Shown: in pieces, positions 26,318 to 41,053 of the stretch
How the letters are laid out: every line of letters starts with the position of its first letter
How positions within the stretch are numbered: the first letter of the stretch is position 1
Assembly (NCBI GenBank): GCA_053919585.1
Contig: CM132807.1
Length of the DNA stretch: 64,000 bases
Strand: one strand, 5' to 3'
From: Euprymna scolopes
Taxonomy: Eukaryota
Position numbers and translations under genes: made by a program
Notes under the pieces: model-generated
Told to the model about the DNA's origin: nothing
What the model saw: the letters and a program-made list of their open reading frames with translations, nothing else
The model's database searches: none

Positions 26318-27463
26318 TTTCCCTGACATACAAAATTGTAAGGTAGATATGTATTACTGGCTATCATATTTAAAGGAAGACTGGCATTAAGTCAATTTTG
26401 ATCATTTATAATCGTTATAGACACATGCACACACTCACATGCACACAGCCTGGCACACTAAGTATGTATGTGTATATTGTTCCTTATAATAACGTAAACC
26501 ACGCGTTTATTTCTCGTGTTAGTCGAGCGTGATCAAAGAATCTACAGTACTGTTTCGATTCTAACGATGAACAATATATATTTTAGTACTCTAGAAAATG
26601 TAACGTCAAAATGCTATGATTCCAAGTGTCTACCTCTTAAGGTTGTTCGTATACAAGCAAGTATATATTAACTTCACGTCTATTTTATTTGAATTTATGT
26701 GTGCATATGATAAGATAGAATATTCATGATCGTTTCATTACACTAAAAAGAATGAATTCATGGGTATTTTATTGGCTAATAAAGAGTGTTTTATTCAGAC
26801 GTATTGATCAATAGAACATTGTCGAATTGATTCTTCCGGCGTAAAGTACAATATTCCTATTCCGAAAACAAGGACGAATTAATCACACACTTGTTACTGT
26901 TCAAAAAAGAGCATTAAAATCAAGCAAATGGCTTGTACATGAAACGGTCGTTTGCCTTTGATAGATAATCAGCTGAAATGTTTAAAGCAACCATAGACAA
27001 TGTCGACTCCTAGAGCAATTATTCAAATTTGATGAATATTTCGTGTAAACGAAACACTTGTATCATTGCGTATCTCTTTTACGTGAAAAGGTGTGCGCTC
27101 ATGCGTGGAAGACAAAGATATAGCAGATGGAGTTATGTTTTGTCACGAATGAATATTTATAAAATGTCGGAAAATTCCGCTTTTTTGTACTCAGTTTAGA
27201 CATTTATATTAGCAAACAATGGCTGGTGGAGAATGGCTAGAACTGATTTGGTCTAGTTGTACAAGCAATCGCTTTGATATTTATTACACTATTCATGCTG
27301 TTCTGTCATTGTAACAAAGCGGCGAATACAAGATAACCTTTTCCTTTCCAATACTTTTAGCTTTCTCTTTTTTTGTTCTCTTTTTCACGTTTTCCCCTCA
27401 GTAACACTGTCTACCTTTATCATCCTCTTATCCGTGTAATGGGTTTTCTCTTATTCTCTTTTT

Positions 27464-27537
<74 letters not shown>

Positions 27538-28816
27538 TATTTAATTATATATATATAATTCTATATTTCATCATCAATAATATTTTCTTGCACTCATTTC
27601 CTCTTCAATTACACTCTTTCTTCCATACATCCTCTCTCTTTTAATATATATTCTTCTTCCCTCCGGCTATTTTGAACTTTCTTAGTCAAAAACTCACTAT
27701 AAAAGTCAGGGGTTGTACAAAATAAACAAGGAAATATTGTAATAACAGGCTGCAGTTCAAATACCGGTGTGTCTAGTCCGCTGAAATATTATGAACTTAA
27801 ATTTCACTGTATTGAATACCACATTACATTAATTATAATAACAGAGGTGCACACCTTTGTAAATTGATATTACTTAACAAAAAGTTCACTTTAGCTACCT
27901 CTATAAAAACACTGCAAATTCACTTGATTTTGATCAGATAAAGCACAACAATTACATACTATGTTAATTCTTTTAATGCTCCATTGATATTCCCTTTTAG
28001 TTTGAACNNNNNNNNNNNNNNNNNNNNNNNNNNNNNNNNNNNNNNNNNNNNNNNNNNNNNNNNNNNNNNNNNNNNNNNNNNNNNNNNNNNNNNNNNNNNN
28101 NNNNNNNNNNNNNNNNNNNNNNNNNNNNNNNNNNNNNNNNNNTAAAGTATGTTGAGAAACGTTTAGCAACAGTACAACCCATATTTATTATTTGCATCGC
28201 AAGGGAAACACAAATAGGTGCCTTATTCTACGAAGTTTCGAAAGAATACTTTCCTTCTCGTACGATGAGAAACAGTTAGTAAATGCATAAAAAATTGCCT
28301 GTAAAGTAGTTAAAGAAACTAAGTATAAAAAGGATCATACTATCGTAAAAATGAAATAAAGACCAATGAAACAGATGGAGTGGGTATAAAGGAAAAGTCG
28401 TTTCAGGTGAGAGAGTGTTCCCATCGTTGGTGAGTCCAAAAACACGTGAATCCAAAAAGTATCCATGTTTTTTGTAGTTCAAGTGCGTGATGTTTAAGGC
28501 AGTTATACGCTGTGGCGTAAAGGAGGATGATACTCTAATTTTAATGACAACCTATCGACGTAAGAATAGTGATTAGGGCAGTGGAGAAGGCGTAGTGAAA
28601 TACGTTAGTTTCTATGGTTAAGAGATTGAAGAAAATGTATTTAAAAAAAAAACAAATAATGAAGTTGTAAACTTATTGCAAGAAAACATTAATCTCGAAG
28701 GTACTGAGAGTTTTAGTGGATATTAAATGTTGGGGAAAGAGTAAACGATAGTAAGAGGAAGAAATCACAAACTCTGCAACTAATAAAAAAATAAAATGAA
28801 TTACGCATGAACTCCC

Positions 28817-28878
<62 letters not shown>

Positions 28879-29226
28879 TTAACACACTTAAATACACTCA
28901 AGAATACAAGCATACACACGCCATAGTATGAATGCCTAGGTCTGCATACTTGTGGAGTCCGAAATATTTTCTCTATTTCTCATCTTGGATGTTACGGAGT
29001 AATATTATGTACTTTGATTTAAAACATTTCAGCCAATTACCAACCCACGATTCACACATACTTAGAAAAAACATTTCAATTTGAAATAATAGTTTCATAT
29101 TTCTTCCGGTCAAAGCAGGGAGGTGTCTGCTAACTACTTTATTATATAACAGTATCAAAGCACCTTCATATATATTAAAAAAGATCAATAATAAGACATA
29201 TATATATATATATATATATATTGCAT

Positions 29227-29261
<35 letters not shown>

Positions 29262-31299
29262 GCATATGTTATTTTTCTTTTATTAATATTAACTCAGATT
29301 CGCACCACCCCCTATTCTATTACGAATACCTGGTCTTCAATAACAATCGAAGCAGAATTATATATGTTATCGGCAAATTACTATTTCTCTCTCGGGGGAT
29401 ATTTGTTGTTACTGACATTTATATTCCTCAGATGAATCATACTTATATTTCTGCTGCAATCCTAAAGTATTACTTACCTTATAAGTTTTGAGAATTGTAT
29501 CAAAAAGATTCTTAAAGAAAAAATTTAAGGCCGAACGGGTTTTATTGTAAGTGTAAACTATTTGTCCGTCAGTAGTTTTTAAAAAGAAAAAAATAATCTG
29601 TCCTTTTATTTAATGAGGACGGGCTCTACAATAGAAAGATTCACTGTGATTTGCGTGACGAAATATGTATCATTTGAAATGGTGTATACTACCGAATTTC
29701 GAAAGAGAATGATGTAAAACATTGTTTTCATGTAATAAAATAATTATAAAACATTAATTGTTATTTGCTATTTATAATGCAAGCATGTAACATAATATTT
29801 TCAATAATATGACAAAACTTATATCAGTTGTTTTATTTTTTTATGTTTTAGAGATACGAGTTGTATCATCCAGAACTGGCAAAACTATCCATTACTTAAA
29901 TAACAGTTCATGGATAGTATATATAGACATCATATAAAAGCCGGCCTTACTGTAAAGACACGCAATAATCTTCTGTACATCACTTCCCGCCACATCTCCT
30001 GAAGTAAACAGCATTACTATTATTAAACTCTTACAATATGGGTGACCATTTGAAAATACTAAATGGCGTATATCATTTCGCCTCATCAAGCTAGACATAC
30101 TGATTATGGACCGCATGTGTGTTGTATACGTTTACTTAAATGGAAGGCAGGAATCTCGCAACGTTTTAAAAATACAACAAAAATGCATTACTGGCTTTTC
30201 GCTGGTGAATCATGCAGGAAAGCCGTTCAGTTTTAATGTGCCTCACATACAATGCGACATTGCAAATAAATATTATCGAACTATATTCTAAATACGCAAG
30301 GTACAAGAAAGAAAATGAACGCATTACGCAGTGTAATTTATATATAATTACTTAATTTAAAGTTAGTTTAAGAATGACTACCCTGTTTGACAAGAACAGC
30401 TATTATAGATTGTTTACATTCTTTTTCAATGACCTTGCTTTTGGAATCCTATTCTTATCGATTGCATGGTTTATATATCCTTTATTTTTTCCAGCAGTGA
30501 ATCAACGTGCATAGAGTATTCATTTTATATTATTCCATTAATATTCAGATAGAATAATTATTTAAGAAAAAAAGGATGCAATCTGACGAGGATGCTACTC
30601 TTTTGAGTAACGGATGCCTCTTCATGAAATCAATATTCACATATATTTTTCAATGTTTTCAATTAATTTCTAGTATAATGGACCCTGTAGGCTGTTACAA
30701 CTAACACTTAAAAATTATTGAAAGTTTATAAGAATGTTTTTTATTTCCTCGACTTAAAGTAGATATTATGCAATTGAATGGAATAATATTTCCATACTGG
30801 CAAATAATATATACGTTCAAGAAAGTATTATTCGTAAATTCTGTATATCGTGAAGAGTTTCAGAAAACACTAATAGGAATTCTCACTGTCGAAATTTGCT
30901 AAACAATGAAAAGTTCTTTCATAAATTATTCATTGCATGTTTGTTATATTGAAAATATAATTCCTAACGCTTTTTTTCCAAACTGTTAAATTTATGACGA
31001 ATGTAAAACACATCGTTGCACGCGAACACATTTTAATTTCAGATTTTTCTATTGAATTCATGAAAAGCAATTTAAGGATATATTGCTCGTCAGAAAACAA
31101 TCGGCGAATACAAAAGAATGGAATAAACATATGTTATATTAATATAAGAAAATATGTGATATATCTACAAGATATAAGTCTTGTTAAGGAAGAGTTTTCT
31201 TCCAAAAATTTAGTCCGTGGAGTCTCCATAATAGTACGATGTGCAATCCTTCGCTGATCTAATCGGGAAAATTAAAAAATATTCATTAATTTTAAATTT

Positions 31300-33255
31300 T
31301 GCAGGATCAGACCCTCTTGTTCACAACGTCCCAGACTGTATGGTCTCCCCAAAATTCACAAGCAAGGTGTTCCACTGAGACCTATTTTATCAATAGTTGG
31401 TTCGGCACAACATTCTTTGGCTCAGTGGCTTGTGGAAATTCTGCAACCTGTGTGAAGGTATATACTACGCACTGCATCCCAGATTATTTTCGGTTCGTTG
31501 ATTGTGTACGTGGGTTGGATTTAAATACAGAGACGTCTTTTATGTGCTCATTTGATATCTCTAGTCTCTTTACCAACATACCATTGGATGAGACTATACG
31601 TATATGTACCGACGCTCTCTATGATGGTCGCCCGACTGCTCCACGTTTTTCTGAAGAGATTCTTATTGAACTAATTTTAATGTGCACAAAATCCGTGGGG
31701 TTTAGTTTTTGTGATATTATGTACTTCAGGTCGACGGGGTTTCAATGGGGAGTCCGTTGGCCCCAACTTTAGCGGGTATTTTCGTCGGGTACCATGAATC
31801 CGTAATGTTCAATTCTATAACTAAACCAACTGCATATTTCAGATATGTTGACGACACTTTTGCTATTTTTCAATCGCAAGGTGAAGCGTCGATATTTTTT
31901 AATAGGTTGAATTCTTTGCATGGGGCTCTTAAGTTAACTATGGAAAGTGAGAAGGACAATTCGCTTCCATTCTTGGATGTTCTTATCGAACATTCAAGGG
32001 GGGGGGGCTTTGGTACATAGAGCCCTCATGATTTGTTCCCCTAACAGATTAGACGCCGAACTCGATAAGATCAGGAAAATATTCATCAATAATGGTTATC
32101 CTGTGGACCTTATTGATGACTGTATTTTCAAAATGATTGCGGATTTTAAATTCCCTAAAAAGGTTGGACCCTTGAAATGTCCGGTTTATTTAAAATTACT
32201 ATGGATTGGGGAAAAGAGTAATAGACTTTCCAAACAGATTCGCAGAAGTATTTACGACTGTTTTTATTCTGTGTCCTTGCGTTTGGTATATACTAAGAGA
32301 CCTGCTTTTCCGTCTTTTCGCAAGGATAGTTTGCCTTACATCAAAAATAGCAATATTGTATATCAATTTAAATGTTAGTGCGATGCTGGTTGTGTTGGGC
32401 GAACATCCTTGCATCTTTTGACTCGTATAAACCAGCATGTTCCATCGAAGATCAGACAAGGGAGGATGGGGTCTGGTGGTCTCCCTCCTTCTGCAGCCTT
32501 GGACCATGCTATTGGCCAGCATTTGGTTGACAACTCGTGCTGTGCCGAGAGATATAAAATAGATTGGTTCGAGGTGCTACATAGAGCGGGCTCCAAAAAC
32601 CATTTAAAGATTTTGGAGTCTGTCTCTATTGCGGTGCGTCAACCTCCTTTGTGCCGGCAAAAGGAAACATCCAACTCATTGTTTCTCTTTGGGGAACTTT
32701 GAATCTTTTCTCCCGTTTTTTTCTCCCTCCCTCGTAGTGCCTTGCATCTTTTGACTCGTATAAACCAGCATGTTCCATCGAAGATCAGACAAGGGAGGAT
32801 GGGGTCTGGTGGTATCCCTCCTTCTGCAGCCTTGGACTCTGCTACTGGCCAGCATTTGGTTGACAACCCGTGCTATGCCGATAGATATAAAATAGAATGT
32901 TTCGAGGTGCTACATAGAGCGGACTCCAGAAACCATTTAAAGATTTTGGAGTCTGTCTCTATTGCGGTGCGTAACCTTCTTTGTTCCGGCCAAAGGAAAC
33001 ATCCAAGGCATTGTTTCTATTTGGGGAATCTTTTCTTCTGTTGTTTTTTTTCCTCCCTCGTTGTGGCAATATTTTAATCGTTTTTAAACGTTCATAAATT
33101 TATTTTAGTGTCCCCACACTTTTGGCACATTAAATAAGTTCGCCATTAGAACTCTTTATTTTCGACATTATATTATTTGGTACGCTATCGATCTTCTCCT
33201 TATGAGATGATAGCCGGAAGAGCTCTTGAGAAACTTTCGCGTATTATGTTCAAAA

Positions 33256-33258
<3 letters not shown>
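31300..33258 (+). mobile_element. Penelope-like element (RT + GIY-YIG endonuclease), 5'-truncated and frameshifted
   Basis: Contains QRPRLYGLPKIHKQGVPLRPILS, SFDISSLFTNIP, MGSPLAPTLA, RYVDDTF, LPFLDVLI, HRALMICS and NGYP. GIY-YIG region reads NIVYQFKC*CDAGCVGRT...RINQHVP...AIGQHL...LKILES. The element ends at a (TA)n tract. Confidence 0.93.
32407..33066 (+). repeat. 333-bp direct tandem duplication of the Penelope endonuclease C-terminus
   Basis: CCTTGCATCTTTTGACTCGTATAAACCAGC starts at both 32407 and 32740. ORFs 32409-32702 and 32742-33077 are paralogous. Confidence 0.95.
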
Positions 33259-33305
<47 letters not shown>

Positions 33306-33773
33306 GTGTGTGTGTATGTGTGTGTGCGTATGTGTTTGTGTGTGTACACCTGAAAATATTATTTCCATTAATAAAAACTTATCAGGATAAAAACAATCTA
33401 CCTGGTTAAGTTGTGCAATCTATAAATTGCATTAGAAAAATAACAAACGCCGTTTAATAAAACATTAATTACATTATTTAATTAATAAAGACGATAGTGA
33501 TTAAAAATGGAAAATTACCAATTTAGACAATGGCATTTCAAAGAAAATACTTCTCATCGGATGATGAGAAATTCCGGTAATATACAAAGATAAAGGTAAA
33601 AAGAGTAAAAGCATTTACGTGGATTTTAAATTTAAAAAAAATAAGGGATGAAAAGAGATATGGAAAAGTAGCAAGAAGGGGAGGAATATAAGTGTAGATG
33701 AAGAATAATGTGACATCTCTGTCTGCGTCTCTGACTGTGTCTCTCTCTATCTCTATCTCTATCTCTCTTTCTC

Positions 33774-33815
<42 letters not shown>

Positions 33816-34742
33816 AGAGAGAAAATTAACTTATAAGATTTAAGTAGTGGCAGCTAGGAAAACACCCAAAGCATTATAGATATACGATCCTGGAGCTTTG
33901 AGAATGTAGTCAAGGTAGGATGAGAGTAGGCTGTTTTCAACTCCGGTACCAATTCCTGAGGAATATTAATTGTCCAAATAATTCATAATATCTCATATGC
34001 GATAACGTCGCAAAATTTCCCCCTTTATGTACGATTACCGATTAAAATAATTTGCACAAAATTATATATGCTGGTTCCCGATTTACATGACTTATATGCA
34101 ACATGTTAAAAATGTTTTTAAATGTCCAGTATTTTTTCAAGAACAGTGCAAAATAAAAGAGTTGAGAATAGATTATTGAGCTGAGAGTGGTATTTTAAAC
34201 TACAGAATAAGCACTTACATCTTTTTTAAGTAAATGCCTAAGTTATTTTTTTCAAGTTAATATTGAATTAATATCATGGGTGTACATCAATATTTAAATA
34301 ATGCTAAGAAACCGTCGGAGAGATTCAAGATAACGTTAATAAAGGCAAACACAGAGGCATAGTTATATATTCAAATATAAAACATCAAATTTGTAAAACA
34401 AATATATACTATATTAAGAGGACGATAGAAGAAGGCGGGTGTCATCAAATGAAAGGTAAAAAATAAAACATAAAATAAAAAAAGATGTAAAAATTAAATA
34501 ATAAAAATTAATGAATAATGTTAAACACAATAGAGAAAGAAATATATAATAATGGCTCGGAAAACAAAAGACAAACTATAGTGCAGGACAGAAGAGAACA
34601 TATAGAAAGGACCAAGAAAATCAGTAAAACTGCACGAATATAAGGATGGAATAACATAGCAAGCGGGAATTTAAATCAGATTATTAAGCATATTATAATA
34701 ACGTCAACTTGGAAAATAAATAAACACACAATAATCATACAT

Positions 34743-34815
<73 letters not shown>

Positions 34816-35304
34816 AAGTTAAAGGTATTCAGGAGATAAAAGACAATAATTAAAACGACGTTATTAAGGGTGCTCAATAACAAATAAAGCAAAATGTAAT
34901 AGTTTTACTTATATAGACAAATATTGCATAGACACTACACTAACCATGCAAATGTTTCTGAAGATTCGGTTTATTGAAATATCAAAAGTTCCTGGTATGG
35001 CGATGAAAATAAAAGTGTGTCTGTTAATCAACACATTTGGTTCTCAAATGAAAAAAGTTAAATATATATTTTTTTGATTTAAAAATGTAAATTATTATAT
35101 CTTTATGTATTTTGTGGCATAAATAGAAAGCGATGTGGAGAAAGGGCATGCCAAGGTTTTAAAAGATAAATGAAAAGGTTAGAAAGAGATAAAACGGAAC
35201 AGGAAGGGGCAGCTTAAGAGAAGAAAAAAAAAAAGGAGAAAGAATAAAAAAGAGAAATAAGAAAAGAACCGAGAGATGGAGAGTCAGTATTGTTACATTA
35301 TCCA

Positions 35305-35356
<52 letters not shown>

Positions 35357-35784
35357 TGATTGTGTATGTGTCTGTGTGTGTTTCTGTCTGTCTGTATGTA
35401 GGCCTGTGTACATTTCCCTATGCAATAAATATGTCAATTTTTAGTCTACAGACTCGAAATTTGACATACAGTGTACTGAAATTTGAGAAAATCGATGTGA
35501 TCGGTTTTCGACCAGAAATTTGGCTACTAAGGGGTCAAAGTTCAACGATTTGACCTTTGATAACTCTACCAATCTCCTCCGACAATTTTTGGTGTAAACA
35601 CTTGAAATTTTAGATATATGTTCAGTGAACATGAATCTTACTTAATAACTTAATTTGAGCCCAAAACAATAAATTTTAAGGGGTCATAATAAGGGTCAAA
35701 TTTTTTAAAAAGTTTATCTTTTTTTTTTTTTTTTGCTCAACAGACACATAAAAACAACTGGCCAACGCTGGGCTGAAATGCTAG
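35305..35784 (+). mobile_element. Non-autonomous Helitron family A, copy 2
   Basis: A|TCTATA(TA)n AAAAGTG... homologous to 8180-8640. Ends CTGGCCAACGCTGGGCTGAAATGCTAG|T. Confidence 0.88.
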
Positions 35785-36219
35785 TATATCCATAAAAGTG
35801 AACGTGTCCGTGTATCTGAGTTGCTGTCTGTTTGTCTGTCTGTCTGTGTACATTTCCCTACGCAATAATTCTGTCAATCTTTAGTCTACAGACTCGATAT
35901 TTGATATACAGGGTACTGAGATTTTGGAAAATCTACGTGATCGGTTTTCGGCTATAAAATTGACTGTTACTAGTCAAAGTTCAACGATTTGACATTTGAT
36001 AACTCTACTAAACTCCTTGGACAAATTTGGGTCTAAACACTTGAAATTTTAGATACAGGTTCATTGGACATGGATCTTACTTAATAACTTGATTTGAGCC
36101 CAAAACAAAAAGATTTAAGGGGTCATAATAGGAGTCAAAGTTTAAAAAGTTAACCCTTTTTTTGTTTTTGCTCAGCATACACTTCCAAACACATGGGCAA
36201 CGCCGGGCTGAAATGCTAG
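35785..36219 (+). mobile_element. Non-autonomous Helitron family A, copy 3 (directly abutting copy 2)
   Basis: TATATCCATAAAAGTGAACGTG... homologous to 8180-8640. Ends GGGCAACGCCGGGCTGAAATGCTAG|T. Confidence 0.88.
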
Positions 36220-37623
36220 TATTCGATAATGAAACTGGGAGGAGTGAATAAATATGCAAGTTTAAATGCACTTATGAAAAAAAAACGTGAACGAAAGAAG
36301 ACGACATGAAGGAGAGAGGGTGGATATTGAGGTTAGCAAAAAGGATTTGTAGTAAGACTTTCGCACAAATAATTATAATCACGTCACACACCTAGGAGGA
36401 CTCATACACAAATATACGCACGTCTTGAACTGNNNNNNNNNNNNNNNNNNNNNNNNNNNNNNNNNNNNNNNNNNNNNNNNNNNNNNNNNNNNNNNNNNNN
36501 NNNNNNNNNNNNNNNNNNNNNNNNNNNNNNNNNNNNNNNNNNNNNNNNNNNNNNNNNNNNNNNNNNNNNNNNNNNNNNNNNNNNNNNNNNNNNNNNNNNN
36601 NNNNNNACAGTGCATAATGCATGCCATTATTTTCTACTTATGCCGACGAAGTTAAAAGACGTGATCTTATTCAGCATAGTCTAAAACCTAAAGAATTCGT
36701 CAGATTAAAGGAAATTGTGCAAGTGGAGATAACGTAAACAATTATCTAAAAATAAATAGTTAATTCGTGAGCAGTGTTTAAAATGAAACTAAATTAAAAA
36801 CAAACAAATACATAACGTAGGCAATGTAATGGAGGTGACATTTTTACTTTACAGGAATAAATCAGTTTAATTCAATTATATCATTTATTTCATGGTAATA
36901 TAAAGGGCAGTGCAAAAAGTTAAGTATAAGTCTGCGACTTAAATCTGTTTACCCTTTAAATTTATTATAAAAAATGAAGGCTAGGAGTAATATTATTAAA
37001 TATTTCTGTGAATACACAACTTTTTTTACAGGTTGAAGTTACTGTAATGAAGACCTCTAATCAAATTAGTATGAAAATGTATGTGCAATGTGTGTACAGT
37101 AGGCACCATCCAGTTATTGTGTAAAATCGCCAACATTTAACGCAATCCTAGTAGCGTCTATTTTTGTCTAATTTATAATTGTGTATCTTTTTAATAATGC
37201 TCGACAACGCTACATATAATAAAGGAAGCAACGGCTTTGCTGTTGTTTATAGTATTATGCTCATTAATTCAACGCCTACTTACATTGTTTGAAAAATAGG
37301 CGAAGAAATAAATAGTACAATCCCACAATAACTAAAAACACGTTTTACAATAAAAAAAAAACTAATTTTATTTATAGTTGAATTTGCTGTTATGAAATTG
37401 CAAATAGTCATTTTTAATATTATATTCAGATAGTTTTTTTTTGGGGGGGGATCCTTACTCTAACATATATTTAATATCTCATATAACGAAATATTTGAAG
37501 TTTATTTTATGTACTTTAACTGATTAATTTATAATATATTGGAAAAGAACTCTTTGTTTTAACATAATAATAGTGATGCCCAGCTTAACTGACGACTTCA
37601 ATGAAAGTTGAATAAGTAACGGG

Positions 37624-37692
<69 letters not shown>

Positions 37693-38346
37693 CGTGGATA
37701 TATTTATACCTTCAGAATGATCACTGCATAAAAACAGTGTTTTTAGCCGCGGATTTTGGTCACGCCCTTTCGCATCAATGATGTATTTTTCTAAAAATTA
37801 TTACTAGTTCATATAAAGATTTTCTTGCAAATTTATCAAATATTATAAGATACTGTTTGATTAGATAACACTTGCATATACATGCTATTTAGAGAGGTGA
37901 TTAAATATTTGAGGTCACGAGTATACGCAATATCATAATTATATATCTTAATCGTAATATCAGATTATATTTGCGAAAAAAGCGAAATACAAAAAGCTAA
38001 ATTATTTTCGAATTNNNNNNNNNNNNNNNNNNNNNNNNNNNNNNNNNNNNNNNNNNNNNNNNNNNNNNNNNNNNNNNNNNNNNNNNNNNNNNNNNNNNNN
38101 NNNNNNNNNNNNNNNNNNNNNNNNNNNNNNNNNNNNNNNNNNNNNNNNNNNNNNNNNNNNNNNNNNNNNNNNNACCAACAATAAAGACTTTACGATGTGT
38201 TTATGTAAAATTGTAAGGTAAGTGACTGAATTGTCATATAAGTCCTTTACACAACAATGCATTGTGAGCTATTTAGAACTCTATATTTGAACTCTTAGTA
38301 TAAAACATCCTATGCTTTTTCAACCACCACCACCACCAACAACATC

Positions 38347-38409
<63 letters not shown>

Positions 38410-38937
38410 TGTGAAATTGTTATGGGAAATTTCCGAATATTCATAAAAGTCGTTGCCCCTATTTCCCAATGGTATATCTTGAACCATGTAATCCTGTGAT
38501 TTTTAAACTCCTAATAAAATTGGCATAGATAAAATAGTAAGAAAAGGAATCTGATAGTAATAATTGAAGCAATAACTGTCACAGCGAAAATATAACTAAT
38601 ACACCTAATGCAAGTAGCAATGTGAACGTTTTGTCAAGACAGGAGCCGGGAAGTAAGTGCGAATCGGATTAAAAAACCGGTGATTTTGGGTTTGCTGGAG
38701 AAGTAAGTTTAAAGAAGAAATATCCATAACTACGAACGTGGAATTATATAGCTGAGGGACTTACTCGAAAATGTCAAAATATGTTTTGTAGAATAGAGAC
38801 GAATTGTAACTAGTTTAATTCAAGAGGATACTACAGTAATTACTTTGAATAGCAAGTGCAAAATATTTGCAGACGGATGGCCTTTCTGATTTCCACGAGT
38901 TCAATAGTTAGTTCGATAGTTAGTGTCATCATTCTAT

Positions 38938-39005
<68 letters not shown>

Positions 39006-39009
<4 letters not shown>

Positions 39010-39796
39010 CTATGTAGTTTCAATTAGCCTCCATACTTGATAAACACACATAGAACCCCTCCGACGCAATTACCTCTTGCTGCAATGCATTTGCTGTACC
39101 ATTCCAACAGCGTAATGCAAGTTCTCTTGTGTGGGTGTGCCAATGCCCTTCTTCACACACACTTTCATCTGATCAATTGTCTTATAACGACAGCTTCTGA
39201 TGTTTACCTTGAGCTTAAGTAATAACATTAAGTCACAGGGTGCAAGGTATACACATAAGGGAGAGTGCGGAACTGTCTTCATGCCCATCTTCGTAAGTAT
39301 TCGGTGGCAAGGATGGAGTTGTATACTGATGTATTAGTCAAATGTTCCTCGCGATATAATTGTGTGTACAGTTTCCACATTGACATCGAACTGTGCACTT
39401 ATTGTCTCTATAGACACACGATCATCCTTATCTATGAAATTCTTTATTTGGTCAATCAACTCTGGTGTTCTATTTTTTTTAATTTTTTAAGTCCACCCAA
39501 ACCTCTCATGATCACACACAGACTCTATACTTTTCTTAAATAGACTCTATACTTTTCTTAAATAGACTCTATACTTTTCTTAAATAGGTTGTATTTCCGA
39601 AATCTATCAGCTGTGGCAATCAGGTTTTAGTAGCGTGTATTCCAATTCCTGCTGAAACTGTCCATTTGAAACATAAATTAAAAAAATTAGTCAGTCGTCC
39701 TATGAAATTACCACAATAATATACTGCATTTTCAAGAGTGTATGTCAATGTTAAATGCCTGTAAAAAATGTGGACACTTATTCAAACAACATCGTA
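39006..39796 (-). mobile_element. mariner-family transposon relic, internally deleted
   Basis: ORF 39070-39288 (MGMKTVPHSPLCVYLAPCDL...RSCRYKTIDQMK) is a decayed HPPYSPDLAPCD mariner C-terminus. A TACGA...AATAAG-type terminus lies at 39796. Confidence 0.75.
39520..39587 (+). repeat. 22-bp minisatellite x3 (AGACTCTATACTTTTCTTAAAT) inside the mariner relic
   Basis: Three exact consecutive units. Confidence 0.95.
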
Positions 39797-41053
39797 TACA
39801 CACACACACGCACACACATATATATAAAGACAAAGAGAGAAATAGATAAAAGAAGAGAAAGATAGCAAATAGTAGATAGATAAATTCAGAGAAAATAAAA
39901 TAATAAAGATAGACAGAAATATAGAAGCAGTACTTTCAAATGAAAATAATTATTTCATGTTAATCAATATTCGTATTTCTATAAGTCAGAAAAGTTATAT
40001 GCCAATTTGTGAAGGAATCTTTAAAATTGCAAAATATAAATGACATTAAAAGAGATAACGATTGACGAAGAATTAACTATAGCATAAATGCCACAGATGT
40101 AATCTGATTTCATTGGCGACAATTTTAAATAATTCGCTTATCATTTGATATTTTGAGACAAAAAGAGATTTATGAATATAAATACTTTACATTTCCTTCT
40201 GGAAAGAATAAAAAAGTGAATACATTGCCAAATCGGATTCGAATGTTGTACAAAGATGCGTCGAAGAATAAATATATTTGGCTTCAGTCTCATTCTATGA
40301 AATGTTATAAAAGGTTCGCCTTTTTCTTCTATGAGCTGCACCACGTTTCAGGACCGGAAGGCGACTCGAGGATGAGGATTTACATATTATATTAAATTAG
40401 CTAAAGCAATCTCTTCTCTATAATACATATAAGATTTCAGTATTAAAATCTGATTCATTTATTTGAGAGAAAGAGATGATGTGTCTACTTAACTAAAAAA
40501 TGGCGTTGCCGATTTTAAAATCGTCCACGGTGTGTTCAAATATAATCGGATCCGTCATAGAGCTTTTAACATGTGATGAGTTCACAATTTTGAATCTGCT
40601 GAAGAGAGTGTATATGATTAGATTTAATTAAAATTTGAAACCGAAACGATTCATGATAGCTTTAATATTAAGATACGTGTTTATATTTACTTGTCTATAA
40701 TTTTCATGCATGCAACTATATTGGCTACGTATGTGCATAGATATTCCCAATAGCTATACTCGATGTCTAGAACAATCACTATCTTGTAAGTGAAACATGT
40801 ATGCACACATTTTAGAAAAAAATCTACAAGAATTACAATTTTACTTTGTATTAAGGAATATATTATACACAATATATTAACACTCCTATAAACATCATCA
40901 CATATTTATATTTTACTCTCGTCCAATTTATGCCATTTTTCTCTATGTATCTGGTTCTGTACGTCTCTCCTTCCATCTATCTATTTATCTATATATCAAT
41001 GGTAGATAAATCTGAAAATGATTATTATCTCTTAAAAGCTTACATATCAAGAT

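Noticed and set aside
29892-30291. Divergent short ORFs in unique sequence
   Set aside because: Under 75 aa, no recognisable motif and no convincing paired splice sites.
30583-30630. CTGACGAG...GAAA hammerhead-like string
   Set aside because: Stem II does not close next to GAAA, and no stems I or III could be formed.
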